DNA of 34,474 nt from an uncultured Oscillospiraceae bacterium (GTDB lineage Bacteria > Bacillota > Clostridia > Oscillospirales > Oscillospiraceae): contig CAYRIA010000002.1 in NCBI GenBank assembly GCA_964424175.1, forward strand, positions 5,360-39,833, given 5' to 3'. Positions within the stretch are counted from its first letter, which is position 1. Each line of letters starts with the position of its first letter. The notes beneath the pieces were generated by a model. It worked only from the letters and a program-made list of their open reading frames with translations. It made no database searches and had not been told where the DNA came from. The translations under genes were made by a program, and so were the position numbers. Of the stretch, positions 10,001 to 17,747 are shown one piece after another.

Positions 10001-10593
10001 CGGGCGAGAACATCAATATCCTAGTCTTTGACACTGAGGTGTATTCCAATACCGGTGGCCAGGCCTCCAAGGCTACTCCGACCGGCGCTGTGGCGCAGTT
10101 CGCGGCGGCGGGCAAGGGCGTGAAGAAGAAGGATCTCGCGCAGATTGCGATGACCTACGGCTACGTCTACGTGGCGCAGGTCTGTATGGGTGCAAACTAT
10201 CAGCAGACACTCAATGCCCTCGTCGAGGCTGAGAGCTACGATGGCCCCTCGCTGGTCATAGCCTACTCACCCTGCATCAACCACGGCAGCCGCAACGGGA
10301 TGGGCAAATCTATCACCACGGAAAAGCAGGCTGTTGAGGCAGGCTACTGGAATATGTTCCGCTATGACCCGCGCAATAAGCAGCCCCTGACCGTGGACAG
10401 CAAGGCTCCCTCGGCAAGCTATCAGGACTTCATCAACAGCGAGGTCCGCTATACCTCCCTCAAGCTCGGCTTCCCCGAGCGCGCAGAGGAGCTCTTTGCA
10501 GCGGCCGAGGTCGACGCGAAGGAACGCTACGACAGGCTGGTGCGCCAGAAGCAGATGTTTGAGGAGCGTGCCAAATCGCTGGATGGGGAATAA
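7021..10593 (+). CDS. nifJ: Pyruvate:ferredoxin (flavodoxin) oxidoreductase, single-chain
   Basis: 1190 aa. Two ferredoxin-type clusters (CIQCNQCAFVCPHA, CTGCGSCANVCPA) and a TPP-binding C-terminal domain (GGDGWAYDIGYGGLDHV). SD AAGGAGA upstream. Confidence 0.97.
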   Translation: MARKLKTMDGNNAAAHVSYAFSEVAAIYPITPSSTMAEYADKWAAAGQKNIFGQPVNVVEMQSEGGAAGAVHGSLTAGALTTTYTASQGLLLMIPNMYKIAGEMLPCVIHVSARTLATHALSIFGDHSDIYACRQTGFAMLCANSPQEAMDLGAVAHLATIRGRVPFVHFFDGFRTSHEMQKIETWDYKELAEMIDYDAIAEFRARAACPANPTTRGTAQNGDVFFQIREAANNLYNALPETVVSYMNEVNARIGTDYKPFNYYGAPDATHVIIAMGSVCEAAEEVVDYLNAKGEKVGLVKVRLYRPFSVKYLLDVLPETVKTIGVLDRTKEPGAVGEPLYVDVVTALAGTKFSNIPVYGGRYGLSSKDVGPGSIISAYRNIQAAEPKNSFTIGIVDDVTHLSIPIVEDPDTTPEDIISCKFWGLGSDGTVGANKNSIKIIGDHTDLKAQAYFQYDSKKSGGVTISHLRFGKSPIKSTYFVSKANFVACHNPSYLSRYDMVQDVKPGGAFLINCAYSAEELGQHLSAAAKQYIANNKIRVYTIDAIEIAREIGLGNKTNAILQAAFFKLANILPEADAVTYMKDAIRTTYGRKGEKIVNMNILAVDAGIEKVHALEIPADWASTTEEAPKVALNGGLDHAKGFVETILAPVNAMRGDDLPVSAFNDVANGTVPCGTSAFEKRAIAVDVPRWIPENCIQCNQCAFVCPHAVIRPFVLDKDELANAPEGFKSMQMKGKGVEEYAFVIQPSVLDCTGCGSCANVCPAKEKALVMTPLGEQADEQKYFDYAYKHVSEKELPFAENTIKGSQFKTPLLEFSGACAGCGETPYAKLTTQLFGDRMYIANATGCSSIWGGSEPSFPYTMNREGRGPAWANSLFEDNAEFGFGMMHGVKQRRALVAEQIKAVTESGEASAELKAAAAAWLETKDDAAGSKTASRVLETELVKALSGEGKDCVFLKRLYANRDMFVKPSFWVFGGDGWAYDIGYGGLDHVLAAGENINILVFDTEVYSNTGGQASKATPTGAVAQFAAAGKGVKKKDLAQIAMTYGYVYVAQVCMGANYQQTLNALVEAESYDGPSLVIAYSPCINHGSRNGMGKSITTEKQAVEAGYWNMFRYDPRNKQPLTVDSKAPSASYQDFINSEVRYTSLKLGFPERAEELFAAAEVDAKERYDRLVRQKQMFEERAKSLDGE

Positions 10594-10626
10594 GTCCAAA
10601 CCCAAGCACCACACAATAAACGCTAC

Positions 10627-10656
10627 GCGCCGCCGGGTTCCCGGCGGCGCGTTTTT
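10627..10656 (+). terminator. Intrinsic terminator of nifJ
   Basis: GCGCCGCCGGG / CCCGGCGGCGC stem (10627-10650) followed by GTTTTT. Confidence 0.8.
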
Positions 10657-10722
10657 GTGGGCTTTTCTTTTCTGTTGGGGTCCTTTTGTGGACTTGGGGT
10701 GGGAGCTGGCTAAGAAGAAACC

Positions 10723-10761
10723 GGGTTGGGGGAGCAGGACAGAGCCTCACTTCCCCAACCC
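10723..10761 (-). terminator. Candidate terminator of the CoA-transferase gene
   Basis: GGGTTGGGG (10723-10731) and CCCCAACCC (10753-10761) form a 9-bp stem with a 21-nt loop. On the minus strand it is followed by GGTTTCTTCTT. Confidence 0.4.
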
Positions 10762-10804
10762 TTCAGGCCGCTCTTTTCTTGCCCCAAGGAAAAAGCCGAG
10801 CACA

Positions 10805-12133
10805 CTATGCAAACAGCTCCACCCCGTCAAAATCGTCCTCAAACATATAGGGCGAGGTGAGAATCTGCTCCTTAAGCCACAGGCGGTAATCAGGATGGGC
10901 AATTTTAATAATCGCGCGAACCCTGTCCTTCATGGTCTTCAGATAGACGTCGGCAATGCCATATTCGCTGACGATATACATTTGGGCGTTTTTAGTGGTT
11001 GTGACAATGGAGCCTTCCGGCAGCCAGGGGACGATACAGCTCTGCCGCTTGCCGGAATCGTCCTTGTAAGTAGAGCGCAGACACAGGAAGCTGCGCCCGC
11101 CCTTGGAGCGCATGGCGCCATAGATGTAGGCAAATGAGCCGCCAGCACCGCTATAGGGCTTCAGTCCCTGCGCCTCTGAGCAGGCCTGGCCAAGCAGATC
11201 AACCATAAGGGTGCAGTTGATGGCAAGAATATTTTCCTGTGCAGCAACGGAAAAAAGCTCAATCATCCTGTCGCGGGGGAGGAGCTTTATGCGGGAATCG
11301 GTGGACAGGAATTTGAAGAAGCGCTCCGAGCAGGCGCCGGGGCTGGAGGCCTGCACCTTGGTTAGAATGCCCTCCTCAACCAGATCCACCATGACGTCGC
11401 AGGCAATCTCGGTATAGACCTCCAACGGCCCTGTCTCACGGAGATTTGTGAGAATTTCATCACCCAGGCCGCCCCAGCCGACTTGCAACTTGTCGCAGCT
11501 CTTGATGTGAGGAAGGATGTGAGCGGCGATGTCCTTATCAACCTGTGTTGGGGGAGAAGGGGGAATTTCGAAAACCTCGGTATTGCATTCAACAATGAAA
11601 TCAAATTCCGTGATGTGGATTGAGACGTCCTTGTGGTCGCCGGGAATGGGGTAATGCCCCGTTGCGTCCATAAAGCCGATACGCTTTTTGATCCTCGGGT
11701 CATGGACAATCAGAGCAGAGGTGGAAACGCCGTAGTGGCCTACGTTGCAGTAGCCGTCCTCGTCAGGCGGGCATACGTGCAGAGCGATAGCGTTACAGCC
11801 ATAGGCAAAAGCACCCTCGTCCATGTGGTCATAGCCGCAGCTGTGGTATTCCATAATGCCCAGTTCTCCCGACATCCGCTCAAAAGGAAGGTTGAAGAAG
11901 CTGATTAAGCGGTAGTGCTTTTTACTATCATGGTCAAACAGCATGTCAAAGGGCGCGGTTGCGACATTGTAGAGGAAAATTATATCATGGTAATTGTCCT
12001 TGTTCGCGTGGATTTCATCTAGCATAGTGCTTCGGGTGCTCATCTCCTCCAGCAACAACCTGAACTTTATCAATTCGATGACGGAAAAAATCGGGGTTGC
12101 CCCCGTAACACAAACCATCGCGGCGAGAATCAC
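10805..12133 (-). CDS. Acetyl-CoA hydrolase/transferase family protein (butyryl-CoA:acetate / 4-hydroxybutyrate CoA-transferase-like)
   Basis: The C-terminal block SGAGGSFAYIYGAMRSKGGRSFLCLRSTYKDDSGKRQSCIVPWLPEGSIVTT...YIVSEYGIADV...IAHPDYR closely parallels the but/cat2-type transferases as I remember them. The GTG start at 12133 gives a family-typical length but has no SD. An in-frame stop lies at 12188-12190. Confidence 0.82.
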   Translation of the reverse strand: MILAAMVCVTGATPIFSVIELIKFRLLLEEMSTRSTMLDEIHANKDNYHDIIFLYNVATAPFDMLFDHDSKKHYRLISFFNLPFERMSGELGIMEYHSCGYDHMDEGAFAYGCNAIALHVCPPDEDGYCNVGHYGVSTSALIVHDPRIKKRIGFMDATGHYPIPGDHKDVSIHITEFDFIVECNTEVFEIPPSPPTQVDKDIAAHILPHIKSCDKLQVGWGGLGDEILTNLRETGPLEVYTEIACDVMVDLVEEGILTKVQASSPGACSERFFKFLSTDSRIKLLPRDRMIELFSVAAQENILAINCTLMVDLLGQACSEAQGLKPYSGAGGSFAYIYGAMRSKGGRSFLCLRSTYKDDSGKRQSCIVPWLPEGSIVTTTKNAQMYIVSEYGIADVYLKTMKDRVRAIIKIAHPDYRLWLKEQILTSPYMFEDDFDGVELFA

Positions 12134-12380
12134 AAATCCAGAGATTGTCCTGCGCCGGGTTATTATTCCGGAGCGTCCCTTCCTGTATTACTGTACGCCT
12201 CGGGATGCGGAGACATGCAAGGAACTTCTGGAAATCAAGCGGTATGTTGAACGGTATTTCAAGACCACCCCAATTGAGCATTTGCTCAAGCCAAACAGTT
12301 CAACCGCCGGCTTTGACGGCCAGGAAACCAGACAGGCTCAGGCGCGCTGATAAAACCAGCGTCCAATAGAATATAATAAA

Positions 12381-12420
12381 GCACCCGCTACAGGCGTTTA
12401 AATAACGCTTACAGCGGGTG
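12381..12420. terminator. Bidirectional hairpin terminator downstream of the PPTase gene
   Basis: GCACCCGCT (12381-12389) and AGCGGGTGC (12412-12420) plus partial inner pairing. Flanked by ATAATAAA and TCTTTATT. Confidence 0.65.
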
Positions 12421-12445
12421 CTCTTTATTCATCCGGCATTGCTTT

Positions 12446-13060
12446 TCACGGTTTGCCCACCGCTTTTTTCCTGCGGTAGTGGCGAAGGGCCTCGTCACTG
12501 AGGAGGGCCTCGGGGGGCAGCTCGATAAGCTTGTCCGGAAAGGCACCGTCATAGCAAGCGACGGCGGCGGAGCTGTCAGGGATTTCGCCATAGAGACGGC
12601 AAAGCACCGTGGGATCGGGCGCAACGATTCTTCCGGCGCGGCGGTAGAAGCGCAGAGAGCGCAGGTCGCCGCGGCCGGTGAGCTTATAAAAGCTTTCACG
12701 CAGTACCCAAGTGTCGAAAAAGCCGAAGCAGGCGCGCTCGGCGGGCGTGGTCAGCTTTTCAATAAAGGACTGCTTGAGGGGGCGGTGTACCTCCGTGTCG
12801 ATACCTACCGGTTTGTCTGAGAGGGCGAGAAAAACATGCGTCTTGCTATGGCTGATCGAGTAGTGGTATTGGGGACTGTCGGGCACCAAGGGCTTTCCTT
12901 TGAGCAGGCGGCATAGGGCGGGGCGCTGAGGGCCGGCATAGTCCTCGTAGGCAGCGGCCAGCAGGGAGACGCCGAAGGCCGAGCCGCGGCGGCGGCTCAG
13001 GGCGGGGTAGCGCGCGTCCTTCTCGTCCAGCTCGCTAATATCGGCGTAATACAGTCGCAT
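12446..13060 (-). CDS. 4'-phosphopantetheinyl transferase, Sfp type
   Basis: 204 aa. KGKPLVP...YSISHSKTHVFLAL...PVGIDTE and WVLRESFYKLTGRG match the Sfp-family motifs (GKP, SHS, GxD.E, W..KE...K). SD GAAGGAGG upstream. Confidence 0.8.
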   Translation of the reverse strand: MRLYYADISELDEKDARYPALSRRRGSAFGVSLLAAAYEDYAGPQRPALCRLLKGKPLVPDSPQYHYSISHSKTHVFLALSDKPVGIDTEVHRPLKQSFIEKLTTPAERACFGFFDTWVLRESFYKLTGRGDLRSLRFYRRAGRIVAPDPTVLCRLYGEIPDSSAAVACYDGAFPDKLIELPPEALLSDEALRHYRRKKAVGKP

Positions 13061-13225
13061 GTGCTCGCCTCCTTCGCGTATTTGACCGGGCGTTTCATTG
13101 AGGGTATTGTATCATAGCGGATTGCGATTTTGCACTACCATTTTTTCATGCGCTGTGTTATAATATATCAGTTATAGTATACTTTTTTGTGAATTACAAG
13201 CGTCAGGCTAAGGAGGTGCGGTACT

Positions 13226-14539
13226 TTGAAAAAGGGACGGTGGCTTATTCCAGCCCTGTTGGCCGCGCTTTTCCTGCTCTCAGGCTGCTCAATGTCGGAG
13301 ATTGACGAGCTTTACAGCCTGCCGCAGGCGCCGAAGGAATACCTTCAGCTTCAGGAACTGATTAACAGCGAGATCCGGTCCGGCAGCGAGTATTCCGCGC
13401 CGACTGCGGGGTCCCTGCGCCAGAGTATTCAACTCACCGACCTGGACGGCGATGGCGACAGCGAGGCGTTGGCCTTTCTGCAAAACAAGGCAGAGCAGCC
13501 GGAGATCTGCGTTTACCACAAAAGCGGCGGAAGCTACACCGCAGCGGCGCGGATCGTTGGGGACGGTTCGGCCGTGGGCAGGGTCGAATATCAGGATTTA
13601 GACGGAGACGGGATGATGGAAATCCTGGTTTCCTGGGAGGTCAACACGGAGATGCGCCTGCTTAAGGCCTATTCGATGAAGGACTGGAAGCCCGTGGCGT
13701 TTCTGACGGCGAGCTGTGCGGATTTTTTGATTGGTGATTTGGATACGGACGGCAGGCCGGATATTCTGGCGTTGAACCTTGAGACGAGCGGCGGCATTCT
13801 AAACATGTTCACGGTTGACCAACACGGTGAGCCGGTGAAGAAATCGGCGGAGCTTTCTGCCTCGCTCAAGACGGCAAAGCGCTTTCGGATCGCCGCGATT
13901 TCTGGCAAGGTGCCGGCGGTGTTCGTCGAGGGGCAGTATTCGGCGGAGGATAGCGGCGAGCTGCTAACGGATATTATCGTTTTTTCTGCGGGTGGGCTAA
14001 AGAACATCACGCTTAGTCCGGACACCAATGACAGCGCGGCCAAGCGCGCCTATCCGGTTTACAGCACGGACATCAATGGAGACGGCTCGCTGGACGTGCC
14101 TTTCGTAGAAAAAATCTCGGGCGTCGGAGAGTCGGAGCACTATGTTTTTGACTGGTACAGCTATTCCATCGACGGGAATTACGTCAAATGCGCGTCGACT
14201 TATCACGATTACACGGACGCTTGGTTTTTCGAGCTGCCGGACGAGTGGCGTCAGAACGTCGTTGTCCGGCGGGAAAGCGCCGCTGCGGGCGAGCGCGCCC
14301 TGATCTTTTATTCTGAGGATACGGATAGCGGCGCGCGCGTCGAGCTATTGACGGTCTATACCTTCACAGGCGAAAACAGGACGGAACGGGCGACGTTGGA
14401 CAGCAGGTTCGTGCTATTAAGCAGCGGTACGGTTGTCTATGCCGCGAAGCTCGGGCCTTTTGCCGAGGGCTTGGGAGAGGCCGAGATTGTCGGGCGCTTC
14501 CACCTGATTTCCTCTGAGTTCAATACGGGTGCGCTGTAA
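13226..14539 (+). CDS. Lipoprotein with four DxDxDG (FG-GAP/VCBS-like) repeats
   Basis: TTG start 9 nt after AGGAGG. Signal peptide MKKGRWLIPALLAALFLLSGC with a lipobox. Repeats are DLDGDGDSE, DLDGDGMME, DLDTDGRPD and DINGDGSLD. An extended -10 TGtTATAAT lies at 13156-13164. Confidence 0.7.
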   Translation: MKKGRWLIPALLAALFLLSGCSMSEIDELYSLPQAPKEYLQLQELINSEIRSGSEYSAPTAGSLRQSIQLTDLDGDGDSEALAFLQNKAEQPEICVYHKSGGSYTAAARIVGDGSAVGRVEYQDLDGDGMMEILVSWEVNTEMRLLKAYSMKDWKPVAFLTASCADFLIGDLDTDGRPDILALNLETSGGILNMFTVDQHGEPVKKSAELSASLKTAKRFRIAAISGKVPAVFVEGQYSAEDSGELLTDIIVFSAGGLKNITLSPDTNDSAAKRAYPVYSTDINGDGSLDVPFVEKISGVGESEHYVFDWYSYSIDGNYVKCASTYHDYTDAWFFELPDEWRQNVVVRRESAAAGERALIFYSEDTDSGARVELLTVYTFTGENRTERATLDSRFVLLSSGTVVYAAKLGPFAEGLGEAEIVGRFHLISSEFNTGAL

Positions 14540-14578
14540 AAGCGGCGCAAGTCTGACCAAAGAAAGGAGCGGCCTCTT

Positions 14579-15271
14579 ATGAAGAAGGTTCTGGTGCTGG
14601 AGGATGAATCCAGTATACGCAGCTTCGTCGTTATCAACCTCAAGCGCTCGGGCTACGAGCCGATCGAGGCGGAAACGGGAGAGGAGGCGCTGGAGGCATT
14701 GCGGCAGAACCCGGATATCCGGGTCGCCCTGCTGGACGTGATGCTCCCCGACATTGACGGCTTTGAGGTCTGCAGGCGCATACGCGCCTCCGGTTCAAAA
14801 ATTGGCATTATCATGCTGACCGCAAAAAGCCAGGAGATGGACAAAGTGACGGGGCTAATGACCGGCGCTGACGACTATGTGACTAAGCCCTTTTCCCCCG
14901 CGGAGCTGACCGCGCGCATTGACGCGATCTACCGCCGCACGGGGGGAGATATTGAGGAGGAGGCCGTCAACGGGGAGCTGACGAGCGGGCCCTTCCGCCT
15001 GAACACCCGGAACCGCACACTGGAGAAAAACAGCACGCGTATTCGGCTGACGCAGATTGAATACGCCATTATGAAGCTGTTTATCGACAACCCCGGTAAG
15101 GCGCTCTCCCGAGAGGACATCCTCAATGCGGTCTGGGGCCGGGACTACTTTGGGGAGCTTAAGATCGTGGATGTGAATATCCGCAGGCTCCGCATCAAGA
15201 TTGAGGACGACCCGACCATACCCGCTTACATCACAACGGTCTGGGGCTACGGCTATAAGTGGGGCTTTTGA
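14579..15271 (+). CDS. OmpR/PhoB-family response regulator
   Basis: Receiver domain (LVLEDE...LLDVMLPDIDGF...MLTAK) plus a winged-helix C-terminus (LTQIEYAIMKLF...VDVNIRRLRIKIE...TVWGYGYKW). Confidence 0.93.
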   Translation: MKKVLVLEDESSIRSFVVINLKRSGYEPIEAETGEEALEALRQNPDIRVALLDVMLPDIDGFEVCRRIRASGSKIGIIMLTAKSQEMDKVTGLMTGADDYVTKPFSPAELTARIDAIYRRTGGDIEEEAVNGELTSGPFRLNTRNRTLEKNSTRIRLTQIEYAIMKLFIDNPGKALSREDILNAVWGRDYFGELKIVDVNIRRLRIKIEDDPTIPAYITTVWGYGYKWGF

Positions 15272-15301
15272 TAAAGTATGTAAATATTTCGCATAGGGAC
15301 G

Positions 15302-16720
15302 GTGAAACACGGGATGAACTTCAGAGGGATCAAGGGCCGGTGGATGCTCAACGGCATCGCCGGGGTTCTGTTGCTCGTCACCGTCGCCATTGTCGGGTTT
15401 TCCTTGGCTGTATACAACTACTATTATTCCGCGGCGCGCACAGGATTGGAGAACAAGGCGCAGACCGCCGTGGAGTTTTTCACCGCCTATGTGTCTAAGA
15501 GCTATCTGGAGTACTACCAGAGTGCTTACCGTTACACAGAGTCCTTCGAAGATAAGGACAGCATCGAACTGCAGTTCGTGAACACGAAGGGGCGGGTCGA
15601 AATTTCAAGCTACGGCATTTCAGCCGGGCTATCTCCCGGTACGCCGGACATTGTCGATGCACTCGACACGGGTGGAATCGGCTATTGGAGGGGAAAAAGC
15701 ACCGATACAGGCGATCGGCTGATGGCCGTTTCCGCACCGATGAAGTATGCCGACGGCTCGATTGTCGGCGTGATGCGCTATGTGACGAGCACAAGGCTCA
15801 TTGACCGAAAGATCTTTCAGGCCACTGTCTGGGCCTGCGGGATTGGCTTTTTTGTGATCCTAATTGTGTTTTTCTCGAACATGTATTTCATTCGGACGAT
15901 TATTGAACCAATCAATGAGCTGACGAGGCAGGCACAGCGCATTGCCGAGGGCAGCTATGGCATCCAGACCGAGAAGAAATATGACGACGAGATCGGCGAG
16001 CTTACGGATGCAATCAATGAAATGTCACAGAAGATCAGCAAGTCAGAAAAAATGCAGAAGGAGTTTATCTCCTCCGTTTCGCACGAGCTTCGAACGCCGC
16101 TTACGGCAATCACCGGTTGGAGCGAGACGCTGGCCTACGACCCAGAGATTAAGGGCGATTCGCTCCGGGGTGTCGGCATCATCTCAAAGGAGGCCGCGCG
16201 CTTGACAAAGATGGTCGAGGAGCTGTTGGAGTTTACGCGCATTCAGGACGGCAGGTTTAACCTGAATATTGAGCGGATGGATGTGGAATCGGAGCTTGAG
16301 GATGCGATTTTCGCCTATGGCGAGCTGCTGCGCCAGATGGATATGACTCTGGAATACACGCCCTCCCCTCAGCCCATTCCGCCCATGCCGGGTGACCCGG
16401 AGCGCATCCGGCAGGTCTTTCTGAACATCCTTGACAATGCTGCAAAATACGGCAAGGACGGCAAGTCAATTGATATTTCCCTCGAAAAGCACGGTGATTA
16501 CACGCTGATCAGGGTCCGGGATCACGGACCGGGTATTCCAGAGACAGAGCTGCCGTTCGTGAAAAAAAAGTTTTATAAGGGCAGTTCAAAGGAGCGCGGC
16601 AGCGGCATCGGTCTTGCCGTCTGCGAAGAGATTGTTGCACGCCACGGTGGGGACCTCATCATCGCCAACGCGGAGGGTGGGGGCGTTTGCGTCACCATCC
16701 GTCTACCCCTCGGCCGCTGA
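15302..16720 (+). CDS. Sensor histidine kinase (2 TM, extracytoplasmic loop, HAMP, HisKA, HATPase_c; no cytoplasmic PAS)
   Basis: H-box SHELRTPL, N-box NILDNAAKY, G1 VRDHGPGI and G2 GSGIGLAV. The start is ambiguous between GTG 15302 and ATG 15314, and neither has a good SD. Confidence 0.9.
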   Translation: MKHGMNFRGIKGRWMLNGIAGVLLLVTVAIVGFSLAVYNYYYSAARTGLENKAQTAVEFFTAYVSKSYLEYYQSAYRYTESFEDKDSIELQFVNTKGRVEISSYGISAGLSPGTPDIVDALDTGGIGYWRGKSTDTGDRLMAVSAPMKYADGSIVGVMRYVTSTRLIDRKIFQATVWACGIGFFVILIVFFSNMYFIRTIIEPINELTRQAQRIAEGSYGIQTEKKYDDEIGELTDAINEMSQKISKSEKMQKEFISSVSHELRTPLTAITGWSETLAYDPEIKGDSLRGVGIISKEAARLTKMVEELLEFTRIQDGRFNLNIERMDVESELEDAIFAYGELLRQMDMTLEYTPSPQPIPPMPGDPERIRQVFLNILDNAAKYGKDGKSIDISLEKHGDYTLIRVRDHGPGIPETELPFVKKKFYKGSSKERGSGIGLAVCEEIVARHGGDLIIANAEGGGVCVTIRLPLGR

Positions 16721-16758
16721 CGCTGCAGCAGAGATTTTAACCCGAAAGGAAATACGCA

Positions 16759-17709
16759 ATGAGCAAAGAGAGAACTACCGCCTGCGACTTCCGCACGAGC
16801 ATCGGCGGGCAGGCCCTGATTGAGGGAATTCTGATGCGGGGGCCGGAAAAGGAGGCCATTGTCGTTCGCACGCCGGAGGGTCTTGTGACGAAACTCGGCG
16901 AGCCAAAGTCCGTCCGGGATCGCATCAAATTTCTGGGTTGGCCGCTACTGCGCGGCATAGTCATTTTCGCCGAGTCAATGGTCTACGGCGTCAGAGCGCT
17001 GACCTATTCAGCCTCCCTGATGCCGGAGGAGCAGCAGGAGGAGCCGAGCAAATTTGATAAGTGGGTTGAGGGAAAATTTGGGACGGAGAAGGCGGAGAAG
17101 TTTTTGATTGGCTTTGCCGTTTTTCTTGGTATCTGCCTTTCAGTTGGGCTATTTATCCTTCTGCCGACCCTGCTTGCGGGCGGACTCGCGCGTTTGACCG
17201 AATCCACCATCCTACGGAATCTGGCGGAGGGCGCGTTGCGGATTGTCATTTTCTTGCTTTATATGTATTTTTGCACGAAATCGCCCGATTTGCGACGTGT
17301 GTTCGCCTATCACGGCGCAGAGCATAAGACCATCTTCTGCTATGAGAGGGGCCTTCCTCTGACCGTTGAGAACGTACGGGAGCAGTCGCGCTTTCACCCG
17401 CGCTGCGGAACCAGCTTTCTGTTTGTCGTGATGATTATCAGCATTTTTGTCTTTTCCTTTGTAAGCTGGAGTAATATTTGGTTCCGGATGGCCATGCGCA
17501 TCCTGCTGCTGCCGGTCGTCATGGGAATTGCCTATGAGATTAACCGCTGGGCGGGGCGGCACGACAATTGGTTTTCCGCCATCCTCTCTGCACCCGGCAA
17601 GGCGCTGCAGCGCCTGACGACGACCGAGCCTGACGACGGCATGATCGAATGTGCTATCGCGGCGCTTGCGCCGGTGATTCCCGTCGAGAAGGGAAAGGAC
17701 GCCTGGTGA
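16759..17709 (+). CDS. DUF1385 (YqhQ-like) membrane protein
   Basis: IGGQALIEGILMRGP, YHGAEHKTI and several TM helices. Located directly upstream of prmC, a common pairing. Confidence 0.8.
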   Translation: MSKERTTACDFRTSIGGQALIEGILMRGPEKEAIVVRTPEGLVTKLGEPKSVRDRIKFLGWPLLRGIVIFAESMVYGVRALTYSASLMPEEQQEEPSKFDKWVEGKFGTEKAEKFLIGFAVFLGICLSVGLFILLPTLLAGGLARLTESTILRNLAEGALRIVIFLLYMYFCTKSPDLRRVFAYHGAEHKTIFCYERGLPLTVENVREQSRFHPRCGTSFLFVVMIISIFVFSFVSWSNIWFRMAMRILLLPVVMGIAYEINRWAGRHDNWFSAILSAPGKALQRLTTTEPDDGMIECAIAALAPVIPVEKGKDAW

Positions 17710-17747
17710 GAGGCGCAGCGTATCACTGAAAGGATAACAGAGCAGAC

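Noticed and set aside
10496-11137. 213-aa plus-strand ORF spanning the nifJ terminator region and running antisense into the CoA-transferase gene
   Set aside because: It crosses a strong intrinsic terminator, has no SD, translates to low-complexity sequence, and overlaps a well-supported gene on the opposite strand.
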